From the human T2T-CHM13v2.0 reference genome, Homo sapiens, in NCBI RefSeq assembly GCF_009914755.1, contig NC_060939.1: a stretch of 64,000 nucleotides of DNA, one strand, 5' to 3'. Positions 1 to 16,500 of this stretch are shown here, piece after piece; within the stretch, counting starts at the first letter, position 1, and each line of letters starts with the position of its first letter. Below the pieces are notes generated by a model. That model saw only the letters and a list, made by a program, of their open reading frames with translations. It was not told where the DNA came from and made no database searches. The position numbers were made by a program, and so were the translations under genes.

Positions 1-118
1 TATTAACTATGTTTGGCTTCATCAATATCAAGTAAGCTTATTGTGAGTTGTTTGATTAAACCAACTCTATGTAGTGTTAACTACTTTAAATATTTTCACT
101 TTTTCTATAGCGACTTTA

Positions 119-440
<322 letters not shown>

Positions 441-671
441 AATAGACATTTAGAGGTTCGAGTTCTTATTACTAAAACAATCAACTTGTAATTCCTCTGA
501 AATTTGCTTATACTTTATGAAAATATGCTGGCTATGAATTTTTTCTGCTTAAATAACATATTTATCAAGGCAAGTGTGAAAAATTACTTGTTTTTTGAAA
601 AATAGGGCAGTATTTAGGAATATAAAATCATATGAATGAGATCATACTCCTCTCTTAAAAGTAAGTAAATA

Positions 672-980
672 GGCCGGGCACGGTAGCTCATGCCTGTAAT
701 CCCAGCACTTTGGGAGCCCGAGGACGGTGGAACACAAGGTCAGGCGATCGAGACCATCCTGGCTAATGCGGTGAAACCCTGTCTCTACTAAAAATACAAA
801 AAATAAAAATAAAAATAAATTAGCCGGGCGTGGTGGCAGGCACCTGTAGTCCCAGCTACTCGGGAGGCTGTGGCAAGAGAATGGCGTGAACCTGGGAGGC
901 GAAGCTAGCAGTGAGCAAAGATCGTGCCACTGCACTCCAGCCTGGGCGACAGAGCGAGACTCTGTCTCAAAAAAAAAAAA
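672..980 (+). mobile_element. Alu (Y-like)
   Basis: gatcgagaccatcctggctaa and gaatggcgtgaacc diagnostics; TSD aagtaagtaaata. Confidence 0.95.
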
Positions 981-2472
981 GTAAGTAAGTAAATAATTCC
1001 TATTGTTCCTCTCCAGTTCTCTGTTGTCACCAAGTTCTTTTCTCCCTGCCCAAGAAAGAGATGGGCTGGATGAAAGTTAGGTCTTTTGCTACTTTGGTCA
1101 AAAGAGTGTAAGCACCAATGGCTTGGATTTCATGTTTAGGCTTTTTAATCACAGACTTTTAATCACCACAGGCTCTTAATCAGAAACCAGTAAAAGCTGT
1201 CAGAAGTGATATTGACCATTTTTAAAGATCCAAAGCTGCAATAATTATATTTGAATGTGGAATTAAGACCCACTCAAATGGCAAGAGATGCTCAGGCCAT
1301 TCCATTTTTGTTTCTTAAAACATTCAGCAGATTAAAAAAGAAAGATGTACCAAAGCAAGATTATAAAATTGGTGTATATTTTAAATGCTTACATAGTGTG
1401 TTCAATCCATATTGACAAAATACAGCATAATATAATGATGCCATTCATAAGAAAATGTATAATTTATTAACCTTTATAAATTTGTATGCATTCATATTTA
1501 TTAAAAATTTTAATGCATTTGAATACTTAGACTAGTCCAGTAATGGAATACATGTTGAAAGTTATTTGATCTGAGGTTGGATTCCCAGAAGAAAAGTCAT
1601 ACAGATGATTTTTTAAGGGCTTCCAGAAGAAACCAGTAAGGAAGTGAAGAAAAGGGTAAAGCTAGGAGAAGAGGCCACGTAAGGGTATGATTTCAGAAGT
1701 ACCAGCCCCCACCCTGATCCTGAACTCTGGAATGTAACAGATGCGAAGGAACTGAGCTTTTGCACTCTTGTACGAGTGATGGTGCGAGGTGTAAACTCAC
1801 AGGCCGTTCTGGTTCTTGGTGACCCAAAGCAGCTTCACTAGCCTGCATCTGTTCTCAGAATGAACAGTGACACAGAAGCAAAACACACAGAAGCCAAGGA
1901 TGGGGTAGACAGAAGTGCTTTGAGGGACTCCAGGGGGTCTGGACAAAGCACTGGCTATATCTCCTACAACATCCTTGTTTGCCATCCTTTGATCTTATCA
2001 GCGTATCTCTGGAAATAATATCAGATATTTACATTTGAGGCCCTTCAAGAATGTAACCTCATGCAGCTCCTCCAATTGACCCTCCTAGTCCTAGCATGAT
2101 GGGACCCAGGACTACCAAGATGATCTTATCACCATATTCTGTGGATATACTATATTCAGTGGAGCTGCCAAGTGTTAAAGTAGAAATTTGCCTAAAGTCT
2201 CTTGATATATCTAGGTTTTACCCCTAAACTTTATTAAACTTTTTTATTTTGGGAAAATTATAGACTCACATGGAAGAAATGAGATCTCCTATAAGCTTTA
2301 CCCAGTTTCCACCAATAATATCTTACAAAACTATACTACAACATCATAACCAGGATATCCATATTAATACAGTCAAGATACAAAACAATTCTGCCACCAA
2401 AAGGATCCCTCATGTTGTCCTTTTATAATTGTACCCACTTCCCTCCCACCTACTAACTCCCTCCTTAACCCC

Positions 2473-2808
2473 TGTCTTAGTCCACTGGGGCTGCTATAAC
2501 AAAGTACCATAAACTGAATGGCTTATAAACAACAGCAATTTATTTCTTCTAGTTCTGGAGAGTAGGAAGTTCAAGATCGAGGCACCAGCAGATTTGGTGT
2601 CTGATGGGGGCCCATTTATTGGCTCATAGAAGGCACCTTCTTACTGCGTCCTCACATGACGGAAATGCTAAGGGAGCTCTCTGAGGCCTCTTTTATAGGG
2701 GCACTAATTTAATTACTTTACAAAGGCTCCACCTTCTAATATGATCACATTGATGATTAGGTTTCAGCATATGAATCTTAGGGGGATACAAACATTCAGA
2801 CCATAGCA
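2473..2808 (-). mobile_element. MLT1A-type MaLR solo LTR
   Basis: tgtcttagtcc...gctgctataacaaagtacca...cagaccatagca; exact TSD acccc (2468-2472 / 2809-2813). Confidence 0.88.
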
Positions 2809-3348
2809 ACCCCAATCTGTTCTTTATTTCTATAATTTTATTGTTTCCAAAATGTTTATGTGTGTGTGTGTGTATATATATATATATGTATAAAATAAAA
2901 CCTTTGGGGACTGGCATTTTTCACTCTTCTAATTCTCTGGAGATTCATCCAAGTTGTTGCGTCTCTCAATGCTTCTTCCTTTTTAGTGATGAATAGTGTT
3001 CCATGGTACGGATACACCACAGTTTGTTTAATCATTCACCCATGGAAGGATCTGGGTTGTCTCCAGTTTTTGGTTATTATGAACAAAGCTGTTATGAACA
3101 TTCCTGTACAAGTTTTAGTGTGAACATAGGGATTCATTTTTTTTTGTGATCAATACCCAGGAGTGCAGTTGCTGGTTAACGTTAGTTGCACGTGCAGTTT
3201 TTTAATAAACTGCCAGACTTTTCCAGAGTGGCTGTACTATTTCATGTCCCTACCAGGATTGTACGTGTGATCTACTTTCTCTTCTCATGGTTGGCATTTG
3301 GTAGTGTTGATATTTTCCATTTTACCCATTCTGATAGGTGTGTGGTGA

Positions 3349-3779
<431 letters not shown>

Positions 3780-3822
3780 TCTGTTGTATTTTTTCTAACT
3801 GTTGAGTTTTGAGAGTTTTTAA

Positions 3823-4230
<408 letters not shown>

Positions 4231-4454
4231 AAAAATCTGTAATTTTGATGAAGTCCACTGTACTAGTGTTTCCTTTTACGGATCATGTTAAGTCTAATAA
4301 GTTTTTGCATAGTCCTATATCCTGAAGATTTTCTTTTAGGTTTTTTCCTAAAAGTGTTATAGTTTTACATCTTACATTGAAGTCCACAATCTACTTAAGG
4401 TTTGTGTAAAGTGTGAGGTTCATTTTGCCGAAAGATACTCAAGTATTCCAGCAC

Positions 4455-5003
4455 TGTGTTAGTCAGGGTTCTCTAAAGAGACAGAACTAATAGGATATGT
4501 GTATACATGAAGGGGAGTTTATTAAGGAGAATTGACTCACACAATCACAAGGTGAAGTACCATGATAGGCTGTCTGCGAGCTGAGGAGCAAGGAAGCCAG
4601 TCCACGTCCCAAAATCTCAAAAGTAGGGAAGCTGACAGTGCAGCCTTCAGTCTGTGGCCGAAGGCCCACGAGCCCCTGGCAAACTACTGGTGTAAGTCCA
4701 AAAGTCCAAAAGCTGAAGAACATGGAGTCTGGTGTTCGAGGGCAGGAAGCATCCAGCATGGGAGAAAAGATGAAGGCCAGAAAACTCAACAAGTCAAGTT
4801 CTTCCACCTTCTTCTGTCTGCTTTATTCTAGCTGCCTGGCAGTTGATTAAATGGTGCCCACCCAGATTGAGGGTGGGTCTGCCTCTCCCTGTCCACTAAT
4901 TAAAATATTAATCTCCTTTGGCAACACTCTCACAGACACACCCAAGAACGATAGTTTTCATCCTTCAATCCAATCAAGTTGACACTCAGTATTAACCATC
5001 ACA
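4455..5003 (-). mobile_element. MLT2 (ERVL) solo LTR inserted in an old L1
   Basis: Same termini as the 60.6 kb LTR; TSD agcac/agcgc; L1 motif ttccagcac|catttgttgaa is split by it. Confidence 0.9.
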
Positions 5004-5930
5004 AGCGCCATTTGTTGAAATGACCAGCCTTTATCTATTGAGTTGCTTTGCATCTTTGTCAAAAATCAGTTGGACATATTTGAGTGGTCTGTTTCTGGGT
5101 TCTCCATCTTGTTCCATTGGCCTATGTATCTATTCCTCCACCAACATCAATACAGTCTTTAAAATGATATAATAAGTCTTAAAATCAGGTAAGATGACTC
5201 CTCCCACCTTGTTCTTTTTAAAAATTGTTTTAGCTATTCTAGTTCCTCTGCCTTTCCACATACATTTTAGAATAATCTTGTCTATATCTACAAAAATCTT
5301 GCTGAAAGTTTGACAGGAATTGCATGAAGTCTGTGTACCAATTTGGGGAGAGTTGACATCTTTCTTATGTTGAGGTTTGTAATGCATGAACACAGTATGC
5401 CTCTCCATTTATTAGATCTTTGATTTCCTTCATCAGCATTCTGTCATTTGCAGTGTGCATCTTGTACGTATTTTGTTAGGTTTACATGCATGTCCTTTTT
5501 AGCAGCTGTAAATAGTATTGCATTTTAAATTTTGTGTCTATATGTTCATTGTTAATATATAGAAATGCAATTTAATTTTGTATGTTTATCTTGTATCCTC
5601 TAAGCTTTGCTAAACTTAGTTCTAGGAGGGATTTTTTTGGTCATTTTCTGGATTTGGGGATTTTGAGGGTTTTTGTAGATCCTTGGAATTTTTTGCACAT
5701 AAACAATCATGTTATCTGCAAATAGGGACAGTTTTATTTCTTCTTTTCTGATCTTTAAATAAAATACCTTTTATTTCCTTTTCCTGTCTTATTGCACTCT
5801 CTAGAACTTCCAGTAGTATATTGACAAGAATAGTGGTAATAGATGTCATTGTCTTGCTCCTCATTTTAGGGGGAAATGACTCAGGCCATGACTTTAAGTA
5901 TAATGTTAGTTAGCTGTAGGTTCTTTGTAG

Positions 5931-6225
<295 letters not shown>

Positions 6226-7429
6226 TCTGTAGTTGGTGTTTATTTATTTTTAGTTTACTAAGAATTTTTATCATAAATTGATGTTGAATTGTATCAAATG
6301 CATTTTCTGCATCAATTGATATCATGTGATTTTTCTTCTTTAGCTTCTTAATATAGTGGATTACAGTGATTGATTTTCAAACATTGAACCAGCCTTGTAT
6401 TCCTGGAATTAACCTTACTTAGTCATATTATGGTGCATAATTCTTTTTATATATTGGGGAATAATCCTTGCTAATATTTTGTTAATGATTTTTGATCATA
6501 TTCACAGAGATTTCATCAGTAGTTTTCTTTTTTTTTTGCTGTTTTTGTCTGGTTTTGATGTCAGAGTAATTTTACCTTCAAAATATGAATTGAGAAGTAT
6601 TCCCTTCTCTTCCATTTTCTGGAAGCAATTGTATAGCATTAATGTTATTTCTTCAAATGATAGAATTCTCCAATGAAACATCTGAGCCTGGAATTTCTTT
6701 GGGGGAGGTAATTGTGAATTCAGTTTTCATAATAGTTATAAGGTTATTCAAATGATCAATTTCATATTGGCTAAATTGTGGTAGTTTGTACTTTTTGAGG
6801 AACTGGTCTATTTCATCCAAGTTGTTGTCAAATTTATATGTGTAGAACTGTGTGTTGCATTCCCCTATTATTCTTTTGATGTTTTCAGAGTCTGTAGTGA
6901 TAAATTCTCTTTCATTCACAGACTAAAACCGTTTGTCCCATTAGTAAGACTATGGCAAACTACAGACAATTCATTTTTAACACTAATATGTCGATACTTA
7001 AATATTTTCCACAGATGCAGATGGTATATTTCACATGTGTTTGACATAGTGATTTCATATTATAATTTTTGTCGGTCTATAATTCCAATCATAAAAGGTA
7101 ACAGGGTCAGGTTCATTACTTTTCCATATATAATTACAAGTAATAAAATGGCAAAATTAGTAGAAGGAATTGCAAGAAACATGAAGGTGGGATTAAAAGT
7201 ATCTCTGTAAGATTGAAATGCATTTGAAGTTGTTCTTGAGCAAAATAACCAATGCTTCAAAATATAGCTTGAGTTTTAATAATAGTAACAAGTTGACATT
7301 TTTGCTGTAATTCATTTATGGTTACCTGAGAATCTGGACTTATTTCTCTGCAAATTAGCTTTGCCTTACTGGCTAACCCAAAGCCTCTCTAATGCTTTTA
7401 GAAGCTTGACTCTCTTCAAAGTCCTCTGT

Positions 7430-7890
7430 GCTAGATGTACTCCATTTATTTGCCCTTCCAGATCTCCCCCTCTAGTCTTTTCCATCCTCCTCTGTTCCCA
7501 GGAGGCTGACCTCCAGAACTGCATCAAGGAGCTCCCTTGCTCTCTGTCTTCAAGTTACTTGGGCCACTGGAGAATCCCAGCAGGAGACAGATAGGGGGAG
7601 CAGAAAAACGTTGGGTTATGAATGCCCCTCACTGCCTCTTAGTTGAGTCAGCAGGGCTGATTGCATTCCTCCACTACAGGCCACAGCTCCTAAAAGGCAG
7701 CCCTTGCACACAGCTCCCTCTCCAGATTCTGTTAGCTGTTCTTTCCCTTTCTCCCTTAATTGGCCCCAAGGCACTGCATTCTCCCTCCTGATTTCCCTAA
7801 ACTCTGCCCACACCTTTGTAAATAGTCCCTTTAATAAACTCACCTTGAATTATCCAGTTTGATTGAGCCAATGTGTTTCCCTGATACATT
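7430..7890 (+). mobile_element. Ancient ERVL-type LTR-like fragment
   Basis: LTR-like 3' end ccctttaataaactc...tgtttccctgataca; family uncertain. Confidence 0.45.
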
Positions 7891-7944
7891 TTACAAATGA
7901 CAGTTTCCAAATCCCAAACATCAGACATATTCTGTCAATTGTCA

Positions 7945-10169
7945 CAAAGCAATAATCATTTATTTTTTAAAGTCGTTTACAGGTATTTATAGGCAAATGG
8001 ATTTCCACTTTAAGACAGATAAAGAATGTGAGATTAAAATAGCATGCAGACATTCCTTTTATTGTTTCCTTTTGCTTTAACTGTGTCTGTGGTATTTTTA
8101 AGTGCTGTATTTAACTACTATACTATTACAGTCAAATACTGATTATCCATGTGTACTGCTGACACCATTTACAGTCATTGCATCTATTTGTATCAGGAAC
8201 TCTTGCTACCAAGTTAATACTCTGCTCAGCTAGAGTGAGACCACAGCCCTGCTCTGTCTCTGATAAAAGTGGTTAGACTACCCATACATTTCTACTGTCT
8301 ATACTCATGCTGATCCCCTTTTTAAGGACAAACGATCAAGACCTAAGGTATATGGAAAACTGGTGAAAAATACATTAATTCTAGTTGTGTAAGAGGAAAC
8401 AAATCCATCTAAAAAATTAATGGCAGTAGAAATAAAAATCATAAGCCTTTACAGTAAAATATTAGAGTGCAGTATGCTTGGTTTCTAATGATTTCTATCC
8501 AAAAGAAGTTTTATTTAAAACTTAGCAAATATATCACAATCACAAAGACTAAGTTGTATCTACATAGCCAAAATGAAATGGAGTCAAGGCAATATCCAGA
8601 TAACTCAAGATTAAAAAAAAAAACAAAAAACATTTTTCTTGGAAAGGCAAGAAAAGGACATAAGTAGTTTTCTGCTACTCAAACCAAATCCACTTTTATC
8701 ATCATTCCCTATATTCCAAAGTTTCAGTATTTTAGACTGAATGGTTTGGAGTCTAAACTATGTGAATGTTGATCTCAGGTGTGCCATTCATTCTGTGAGT
8801 ATGGACACAGACTATAGAAGAAAAGCTTAATTTTTTACCTTAACTATACAGACTGGTTATCAATAACGACCTCTAACAAATGAAAAACTTGCTTTTTAGA
8901 GACTCATACTATAAGTTAGGACTGAAGTAGTCCTCCAAATTCACCTAGCCCATTTAGCTCATTTTATTGCCAAGGAAACTGGAACCCAAACAGATTCAGC
9001 AACTTGCTGAAGGTCACACTGGTAAGACTCAGCGTAATGCTTTTCTGTACACCATGCTTAATCACTCTGTTAGTTTACCAGTTGGTCTACATGTGGAAAA
9101 TCTTTCCAAGTGCTTCATTCAATATGTTTTTTTTTTCCTTCTGCATTTTGTCTGATCATATCTATACGAGGTGCTAAGGATATATGTAGGTGAGAAACTA
9201 TGATTCAGTGTCAGCCAATCAAGAAGAAATTTTCCTATAATTTCAAATAGATTCTGTACTTTTACTAAGAATGAAACCAATTTGAATAGTAAATATGAAG
9301 AATACTGGTTTTGTTTGCCCTCTTTTAAATCCATGCACTCATGAGGTTTTTTTTGTTTTTTTTGTTTTTTGTTTTTTGTCTTTTTAGCAGGAAGAGGGGG
9401 AGAATATAATGAAATCAGAAATGACTGATAGATTTGGCTTCTTCAGCTTGTCACATGCTGTATTTAGACAGTCTGAATAGCAAACACTGAGAAATGCTAG
9501 GCCAGAGGATTTGGGCCCCAATCCTTTTAACCAGCAAATGGGACAGTCCAATGAAACAGACAGCCATGTTAGTGGCTTTTGATTTGATTCCACTGACATA
9601 CACACAGTTCGAATTCAATGTCATATTTATTTTAACATTGCAGTGAAAAATGCTGCTAAACAGAAAATGTAATAAAGTCAATAAGGCTCAAGAAAATTGC
9701 TTATTTTTTGTAGCAAGAAAAGCTTTTTTTTTTGGCAAATGGTTCTATAGTCATAGAACATGAAGATACTTAGAATTAATCTCCCAATATGAAAATGTCC
9801 CCCAAATTATCAAGTTGAAAGGCACATACCACTGCCCCAGCAGTTCATTCAAGTTGTCGTTAGCATGTGAAATTTTAGTTGTGCTTTTAGCTTGTTATCA
9901 ATGCAATATGGCCTTAAAAAGTGACATCCGTGCATACATATAATTTCTTTTAAAATGACCAACCCTCTTCCTCTTTTCTGATTTTCATTTCTGAAGACTA
10001 ATTTTTGTTAGTTCTTCATTTTATAGAGGACCTGGTCCATGATGGTCTTGGAAAGATGCACTTCACAGTTTGTGCTCTATTTTATCTACAAACAAAGTTT
10101 AAATTATCTTTGTGTCCTAATACAAAATGGGGTTTCTTGAAATATCAGTGTGATGGTGCTTCAATACTG
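7945..10169 (-). other. SHC4: SHC4 3' UTR (distal end approximate)
   Basis: Mostly unique AT-rich sequence after the stop codon; minus-strand AATAAA at 9626-9631, 8058-8063 and 7959-7964; an LTR-like repeat begins just below ~7890. Confidence 0.65.
7959..7964 (-). terminator. Likely distal SHC4 polyadenylation signal
   Basis: tttatt on + = AATAAA on -, followed on - by TG/T-rich sequence (tttgtgac, tgtctgatgtttg). Confidence 0.55.
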
Positions 10170-10325
10170 TCATTTGTTGGAATGCAAAAGTGCTGGATTA
10201 TTATCTTTTCTCACTGGTTGTTTAAGGCTTACTTCGCTTCCAGAGGAGATGATTGGCAAACTGTTATCCATATGGTATCTGATAAGGTGGCCGACATTAT
10301 CAAATACATGATCCTTGGTCCTCAC
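10170..10325 (-). CDS. SHC4: SHC4 last coding exon (exon 12), end of SH2 domain and stop
   Basis: Minus strand tttttcaag|GTG AGG ACC... translates [54 protein letters not shown]; 156 nt; phase 0 matches the previous exon. Confidence 0.97.
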   Translation of the reverse strand: MRTKDHVFDNVGHLIRYHMDNSLPIISSGSEVSLKQPVRKDNNPALLHSNK

Positions 10326-10452
10326 CTTGAAAAAGAAGTACAAATATATTTAGGTTAAATTATAGTAGTTCTCCTGAAAGATATAAATAATAAGGGGGAA
10401 AATGCCAGATATATCCCTAAAGTAGATACTTTGCTGAAAAAAGAAAAGGTAC

Positions 10453-10711
10453 TTTTTTTTTTTTTTTGAGACAGAGTGTCACTCTGTGGCCCAGGTTAGA
10501 GTGTAGTGGCACGATCTCGACTCACTGCAACCTCCACCTCCTGGGTTCACGCAATTCTAGTGCTTCAGCCCGAGTAACTGGGACTACAGGCACGTGCCAC
10601 CATGCCTGGCTAATTTTTTTTATTTTAGTAGAGATGGCGTTTCACCGTGTTGCCCAGGCTAGTCTCAAACTCCTGAGCGCCAATGCCCACCTTGGCTTCC
10701 CAAAGGGCTAG
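10453..10711 (-). mobile_element. Alu, 5'-truncated, ~130 bp upstream of the SHC4 last exon
   Basis: Reverse Alu; TSD agaaaaggt(a/g)ctttt. Confidence 0.92.
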
Positions 10712-12292
10712 GAGAAAAGGTGCTTTTAAACTCTGTAGTCCCTAGTCAACAATTTTCTCATTCCTCATTACCATTTTAAAGCAACCATTCCCATAAGTTA
10801 GGAAAATGGTAGGCACTTGTCACCCAATCCAAATTTGCAATCAGCCTCTTTGCAGTATTATTGTTTGGTATATTCTATGTCACTATCTCTATAACTATTT
10901 AACTGGTTTGTATACAAGCATGAATCCCAGGATTGTAATTATCTTCTGTTAACCAGAGTGCTTCCATATCACCTTGTCTCTGTCAGAAGCAGGCCTTTCT
11001 GGAGAAGTCCTACCTCCTATCTCTCTTTGGAGGCTCAGCATTCCTGTCTTCTCCAAGAAGCCTCCTCAGACCTTTCTAATAGGCATTCATGTGTCCTTCC
11101 CACAGACTTCATAGTAGCTGATTCACAGATATTTGTTGCATGGAACTTACTGTCGGCATGCCAAAGAAATTCAATTTTCTTATGGCATGCCTTCTATGGA
11201 ATTCCCTTCCTAGTACCCTATGCATAGACAGAAGCTGTACATTACTATCCATTGTGGCTCTACCAGCTTGGTGGCCTGGTTATACAAGTGCTCCTGTTTG
11301 GAGGGTGGCTAGGAACCATCCAGGAAAGGGGAAGGCATGCAACAAGGCAGCACCTCGTTATGTATTTCTGCCAGCTCTCCTACAAGGGATTCTTGGAGTT
11401 CTGTCTAGATGTTGGTTTTTGCCGTATTAAAATCATGCATAATTACTGGAATAATTAATATAATTTGAATATGGACTATGACTTAGATAGTATTGTACAA
11501 ATGTTAAGTTTCCTGATTTTGATCTCTGTACTATGGCTATGGAAGAGAATATCTCTGTTCTTAGGAAATACACATTCAAGGATTTACAGAAGAGGACACA
11601 ATGGCACCAATTTGCTCTCAAATGGCTCCAAACCTCAAAAAGGTTTTCAACTCCTCCATCTCATTCCCATCCCACACCAAATCAGCTGACCAATCCTTCC
11701 ATTCTATGTTCTTAATGCCAAGTCACTCTGCCTTCTTCTTTGTATTTCTTCTGCCTCCATTCTGCCTCAGGCTGTCACTACTTTTTACCTAGAAGCCTCT
11801 AATTACTCTCTCTGTCCCTGGTCTTTCCCCTTCTCTTTAATCAATCCTGTATACAAGTGTGAAATTAATCTTTCAAGTACAGAGATTGTAAGCAGGCCAC
11901 TCTGGCTGAATGCCCCGTATGCTTTAGTTTGCTAGGGGCTAGGATAGGGAGGGGAGGTTACGCACAGAGAGTTTCAACTATTTTGAATTAAAAATAAGGA
12001 GAGTTCCTATAAAACTCTGGTTTTATGACTTATTTGAAAAAAATAAAATCTGGTCCCACTGGGCCTCTGCTCTGCATGACAGCGTTTGGTTGGAGCTGAG
12101 TGGTGACTGCCCCCTTACACAGGGTATGTGCCTTTTTTAACACAGCCCACTGTACCTTATGCTCGCTCTATCCCCTGCCCAGCTTTATTCACTTACAGTA
12201 CTGGCCTAGTCCTGCAGACACTTGTGTTTGTAACTTCACCCACACAAGATTTTTCACTGTGGTAAGAAACATATAACATGAGATCTGTTACA

Positions 12293-12302
12293 TATGTATG
12301 TA

Positions 12303-12338
<36 letters not shown>

Positions 12339-12340
12339 CA
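12293..12340. repeat. (TATG)(TG)n(TA)n compound microsatellite
   Basis: Seen directly; a similar tract lies at 2858-2890. Confidence 0.9.
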
Positions 12341-13840
12341 TCTGTTATGTAACAGTTAATACTGTACTATACACTTAACAGATTTTTAAGTGTACAGTAC
12401 AGTATTGTTAACTGTTAAGTACAACGTTATACAGCAGATCTCTGGAACTTTTTCATCTTGCATGACTGAAACTTTATACCCATCAAACAGCAACTACCCA
12501 TTTCCTTGAGAACACTGTAGCATAGGACAGGATTTCCCTCTTTTCTATGGTTGTTCTATGGTGTTCCACTATATGGATATTATCATATTTCCTTTATCCA
12601 TTTATTGTTTAGTGGATCTTAGTTTTCACCTCTTGACTATTGTGAATAATGCTGCAATAAACATGGGAGTGCAAACATCTTTTCAAGATCCTGCTTTCAG
12701 TTCTTTTGGATAATTACCCAGAAGTGAGGTTGCTAGATCATATGGTAGTTTTATTTTTAACTTTTCGAGAAACCTCCAAACTGTGTTCCATAGAGGCTGT
12801 ACAATTTTACACACCCACCAATAGTGCACGAGGGCACCAATTCTTCATATCCTTGCGAACACCTGTTATTTTCTTCCTCTTTTTAAAAAAATAATGGCCA
12901 TCTTAACAAGTGTGAGGTATTATCTCACTGTGGTTTTGATTTGCATTTTCCTGATGATTAATGATGTTGATTGAGCATGTTTTCATATACCCGTTGGTCA
13001 TTTTTTGGTCTTTTTGGAGAAATCTCTATTCATTCAAGTCCTTTGCCTATGTTTTCATTGGTTGCTTTTATTTTTTTGCTATAGAGTTGTAGGCGTTCCT
13101 TATATATTTTGGATATTAACTCCTTATCAGATACATTGTTTGTAAATAGTTTCTCTCATTCTGTAGGTTGCCTTTTCACTAAGCTGATTGTTTTCTTTGC
13201 TGTGCAGAAGCTTTTTAGTTTAATGTAATGCCACTTCTCTAGTGTCCCTTTTGTTGCCTGTGGAAATACCAGTTTTCCTTCTGCCTCTAGTTTCATTCCA
13301 CTGATACTTGTTATGATGTCAGCCTCTTAAATTTGTCAAGACTTGTCTTGTTATCTAACATAATCTATTCTGGAGAATGTTTTGTGTGCACTTGAGAAGA
13401 ATATGTATTCTGTTGCTGTTGGATGGAATGTTCTGTATATGTATGTTAGATCCACTTGGTCCATAGTGTTGTTCAAGTTCTTTTTTTCCTCATTGATCTG
13501 TCTGGTGTTCTATCCATTATTGAAAGTGGAGCATTAAAATCCCCTACTATTATTGTTTTGCTGTCTATTTCCCCCTTTAGTTCTGTCAATGTTTGCTTCA
13601 TATATTTGGGTACCCTGATGTGCATATATATTTATAATTATTATATCTTCCTGAAGAATTGATCCTTTTATCATTATATCATGTCCTTCTTTGTCTCTTT
13701 TGATATTTTGACTTAAAGTTTATTTTGTCCGATATAAGTATGGCCACTCCTGCCATTTTTTGGTTATCATTTTCATGGAATATCTTTTTCTAAACTTTCA
13801 CTTTCAACCTACGTGTGTCCTTAAATCTAAAGTGAGTCCT

Positions 13841-14192
<352 letters not shown>

Positions 14193-14607
14193 TCAATTCA
14201 GCCACTCTATGCTTTTTGATTACAGAATTTAATATATTTACATTTAAAGTAGTTAATACTAGAGAAGAACTATTACCATTCTATTGTTTTCTGTCTTAAA
14301 GCTTTTTTTGGTCCTGTTTCTCCTTTCTTGCTGTCTTCCTTTGTGTTTCATTAATTTTTCATAGTGAATAGGCTTTAATTCCTTTATCATTTTGTTTTGT
14401 GTATCTTCTAGAAGTATTTTCTTTGTGATTACCATGGGGCTCGCATAAAACATAGCTATAACAATCTCTTTTAAACTGATAACACCTTAACTTCAATCAC
14501 ATACAAATACTCTACACTGTTATTTCTCCACACACAATTTTATGTTATTGATGTCACCAATTACATTTTTAAATTTTGTGTATTCATTAACATATTTTAT
14601 AGTTACA

Positions 14608-15911
14608 TAGTTATTGTTGCATAATAACATTTTGGTTAACAACAGACTGCATATACAATGGTGATCCCATAAGCTTATAATGAAGCTGAAAAATTCCTAT
14701 TGCCTAATGCAATTGTCCTGAAGAATTGACTAATGAGTTGTTGGAACTGAAACAGGAAGGCATAGCTGAAGAGGAGGCAAAAGGAAAGGAAAGTGCAGGC
14801 AAAGAAAAAGAAGAAGAACCCCCCAAAAAATTAACAATAAAGAGTTTAGCAGAAGCTTTTTCAGACCTTAACAAGCTTCTTGAAAAGACTAAAAACATGG
14901 ATCCCCAACACCAAAAGGTTTTCATTAATAGAAAAGAATGCTCATGTTGCATTATCTGCGTACGAGCAAATCTATGATGAAAAAAGAAACAAAGCAAGCA
15001 AACCGCCAAGGTCATATTTCTGAAAATAGTGACACTTTCTCAAGAGACTCAAGCAGGTCCTTTAGGAGATATTCTAGAATAAGGCATTGTTATCATAGGA
15101 GATGACAACTCCATGCAAGTTATTGCTCCTTAAAGACTGTGGAACAATATGTGGAGATAGAAGACAGTGATATTGATGATCCTGCCCCTGTCTAGTGCTA
15201 GCCTAATGTCTGTGTTTCTGTCTCTATTTTTAACAATAACAAAAAAGTTTAAAAGTAAAAAATAGAAATAAAAAATTTTAAAATAGGAAAAACCATATAG
15301 AATAAGGATATAAAGAAAGAAGATATTTTTGTACAGCTCTATAACCTATATTTTAAGCTAAGTGTTATTACAAAAAAGTCAAAAGATTAAAATAATTTAA
15401 ATGTTTACAAAGTAAAAAAATTACAGTAAACTCAAGTTAATTTATTATTGAAGAAAGAAAATTAAAAAAAATAAACTTAGTGTGGTCTAAGTGCATAGTG
15501 TTTATAAAGTGTGCAGTAGTGTGCAGTAATGTCCTAGGTCTTTACATTCGCTCACCACTCACTCGCTGGCTCATCTGGAGCAATTTCCAGTCCTGCAAGC
15601 TTCATTCACAGTAAATGTTCTACATAGGTGTACCATTTCAAATCTTTTATATCCTATTTCACTGCACCTTTTCTATGTTTACATACACAAATATTTACCA
15701 TTGTGTTACAATTGTCTACAGTATTCAGTACACTAACGTGCTGTATAGGTTTGCAACCTACAAGCAATAGGTTATACCATATAGCCTAGGTGTGTAGTAG
15801 GCTATACTATCTAGGTTTGTGTACATATATTCAAAAATGTTTGCACAATGAAAAAATCATCTAGCAATGTATTTCTCATAACATTTCCCCATTGTTAAGT
15901 GATATATGACT
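14608..15911 (+). mobile_element. Tigger3/MER7-type TcMar DNA transposon inserted in the L1
   Basis: Decayed termini (gcataataacatttttggttaacaacagactgcatata / ccccattgttaagtgatatatgact); transposase C-terminal remnant in ORF 14726..14977 (EEEPPKKLTIKSLAEAFSDLNKLL). Confidence 0.85.
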
Positions 15912-16191
15912 TATTTTTCACATTTTTGTCTTTTAACTTCTATAACCAGAATTAAAAGTTATTTACACACTGCCATTATAATATTACAGTATTCTGTGTT
16001 TTTCTATATATTTACCTTTACCAGCAAGCTTTGTACTTTCATATGCTTTCATGTTACTGTTTGGTATCCTTTTGTTTCAACTTGAAGGACTTTAGCATTT
16101 CTTGAAAGGCAGATCTAGTGCTAACAAACTCCTCATCTTTTGTTTATCTCAGAAAGTCTATATTTCTCTTTCATTTTTAAAGGATGGTTTT

Positions 16192-16500
<309 letters not shown>

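Noticed and set aside
10005-10358. 117-aa plus-strand ORF
   Set aside because: Antisense shadow of the SHC4 last exon with a non-ATG start
14726-14977. Charged 83-aa ORF
   Set aside because: Tigger transposase remnant
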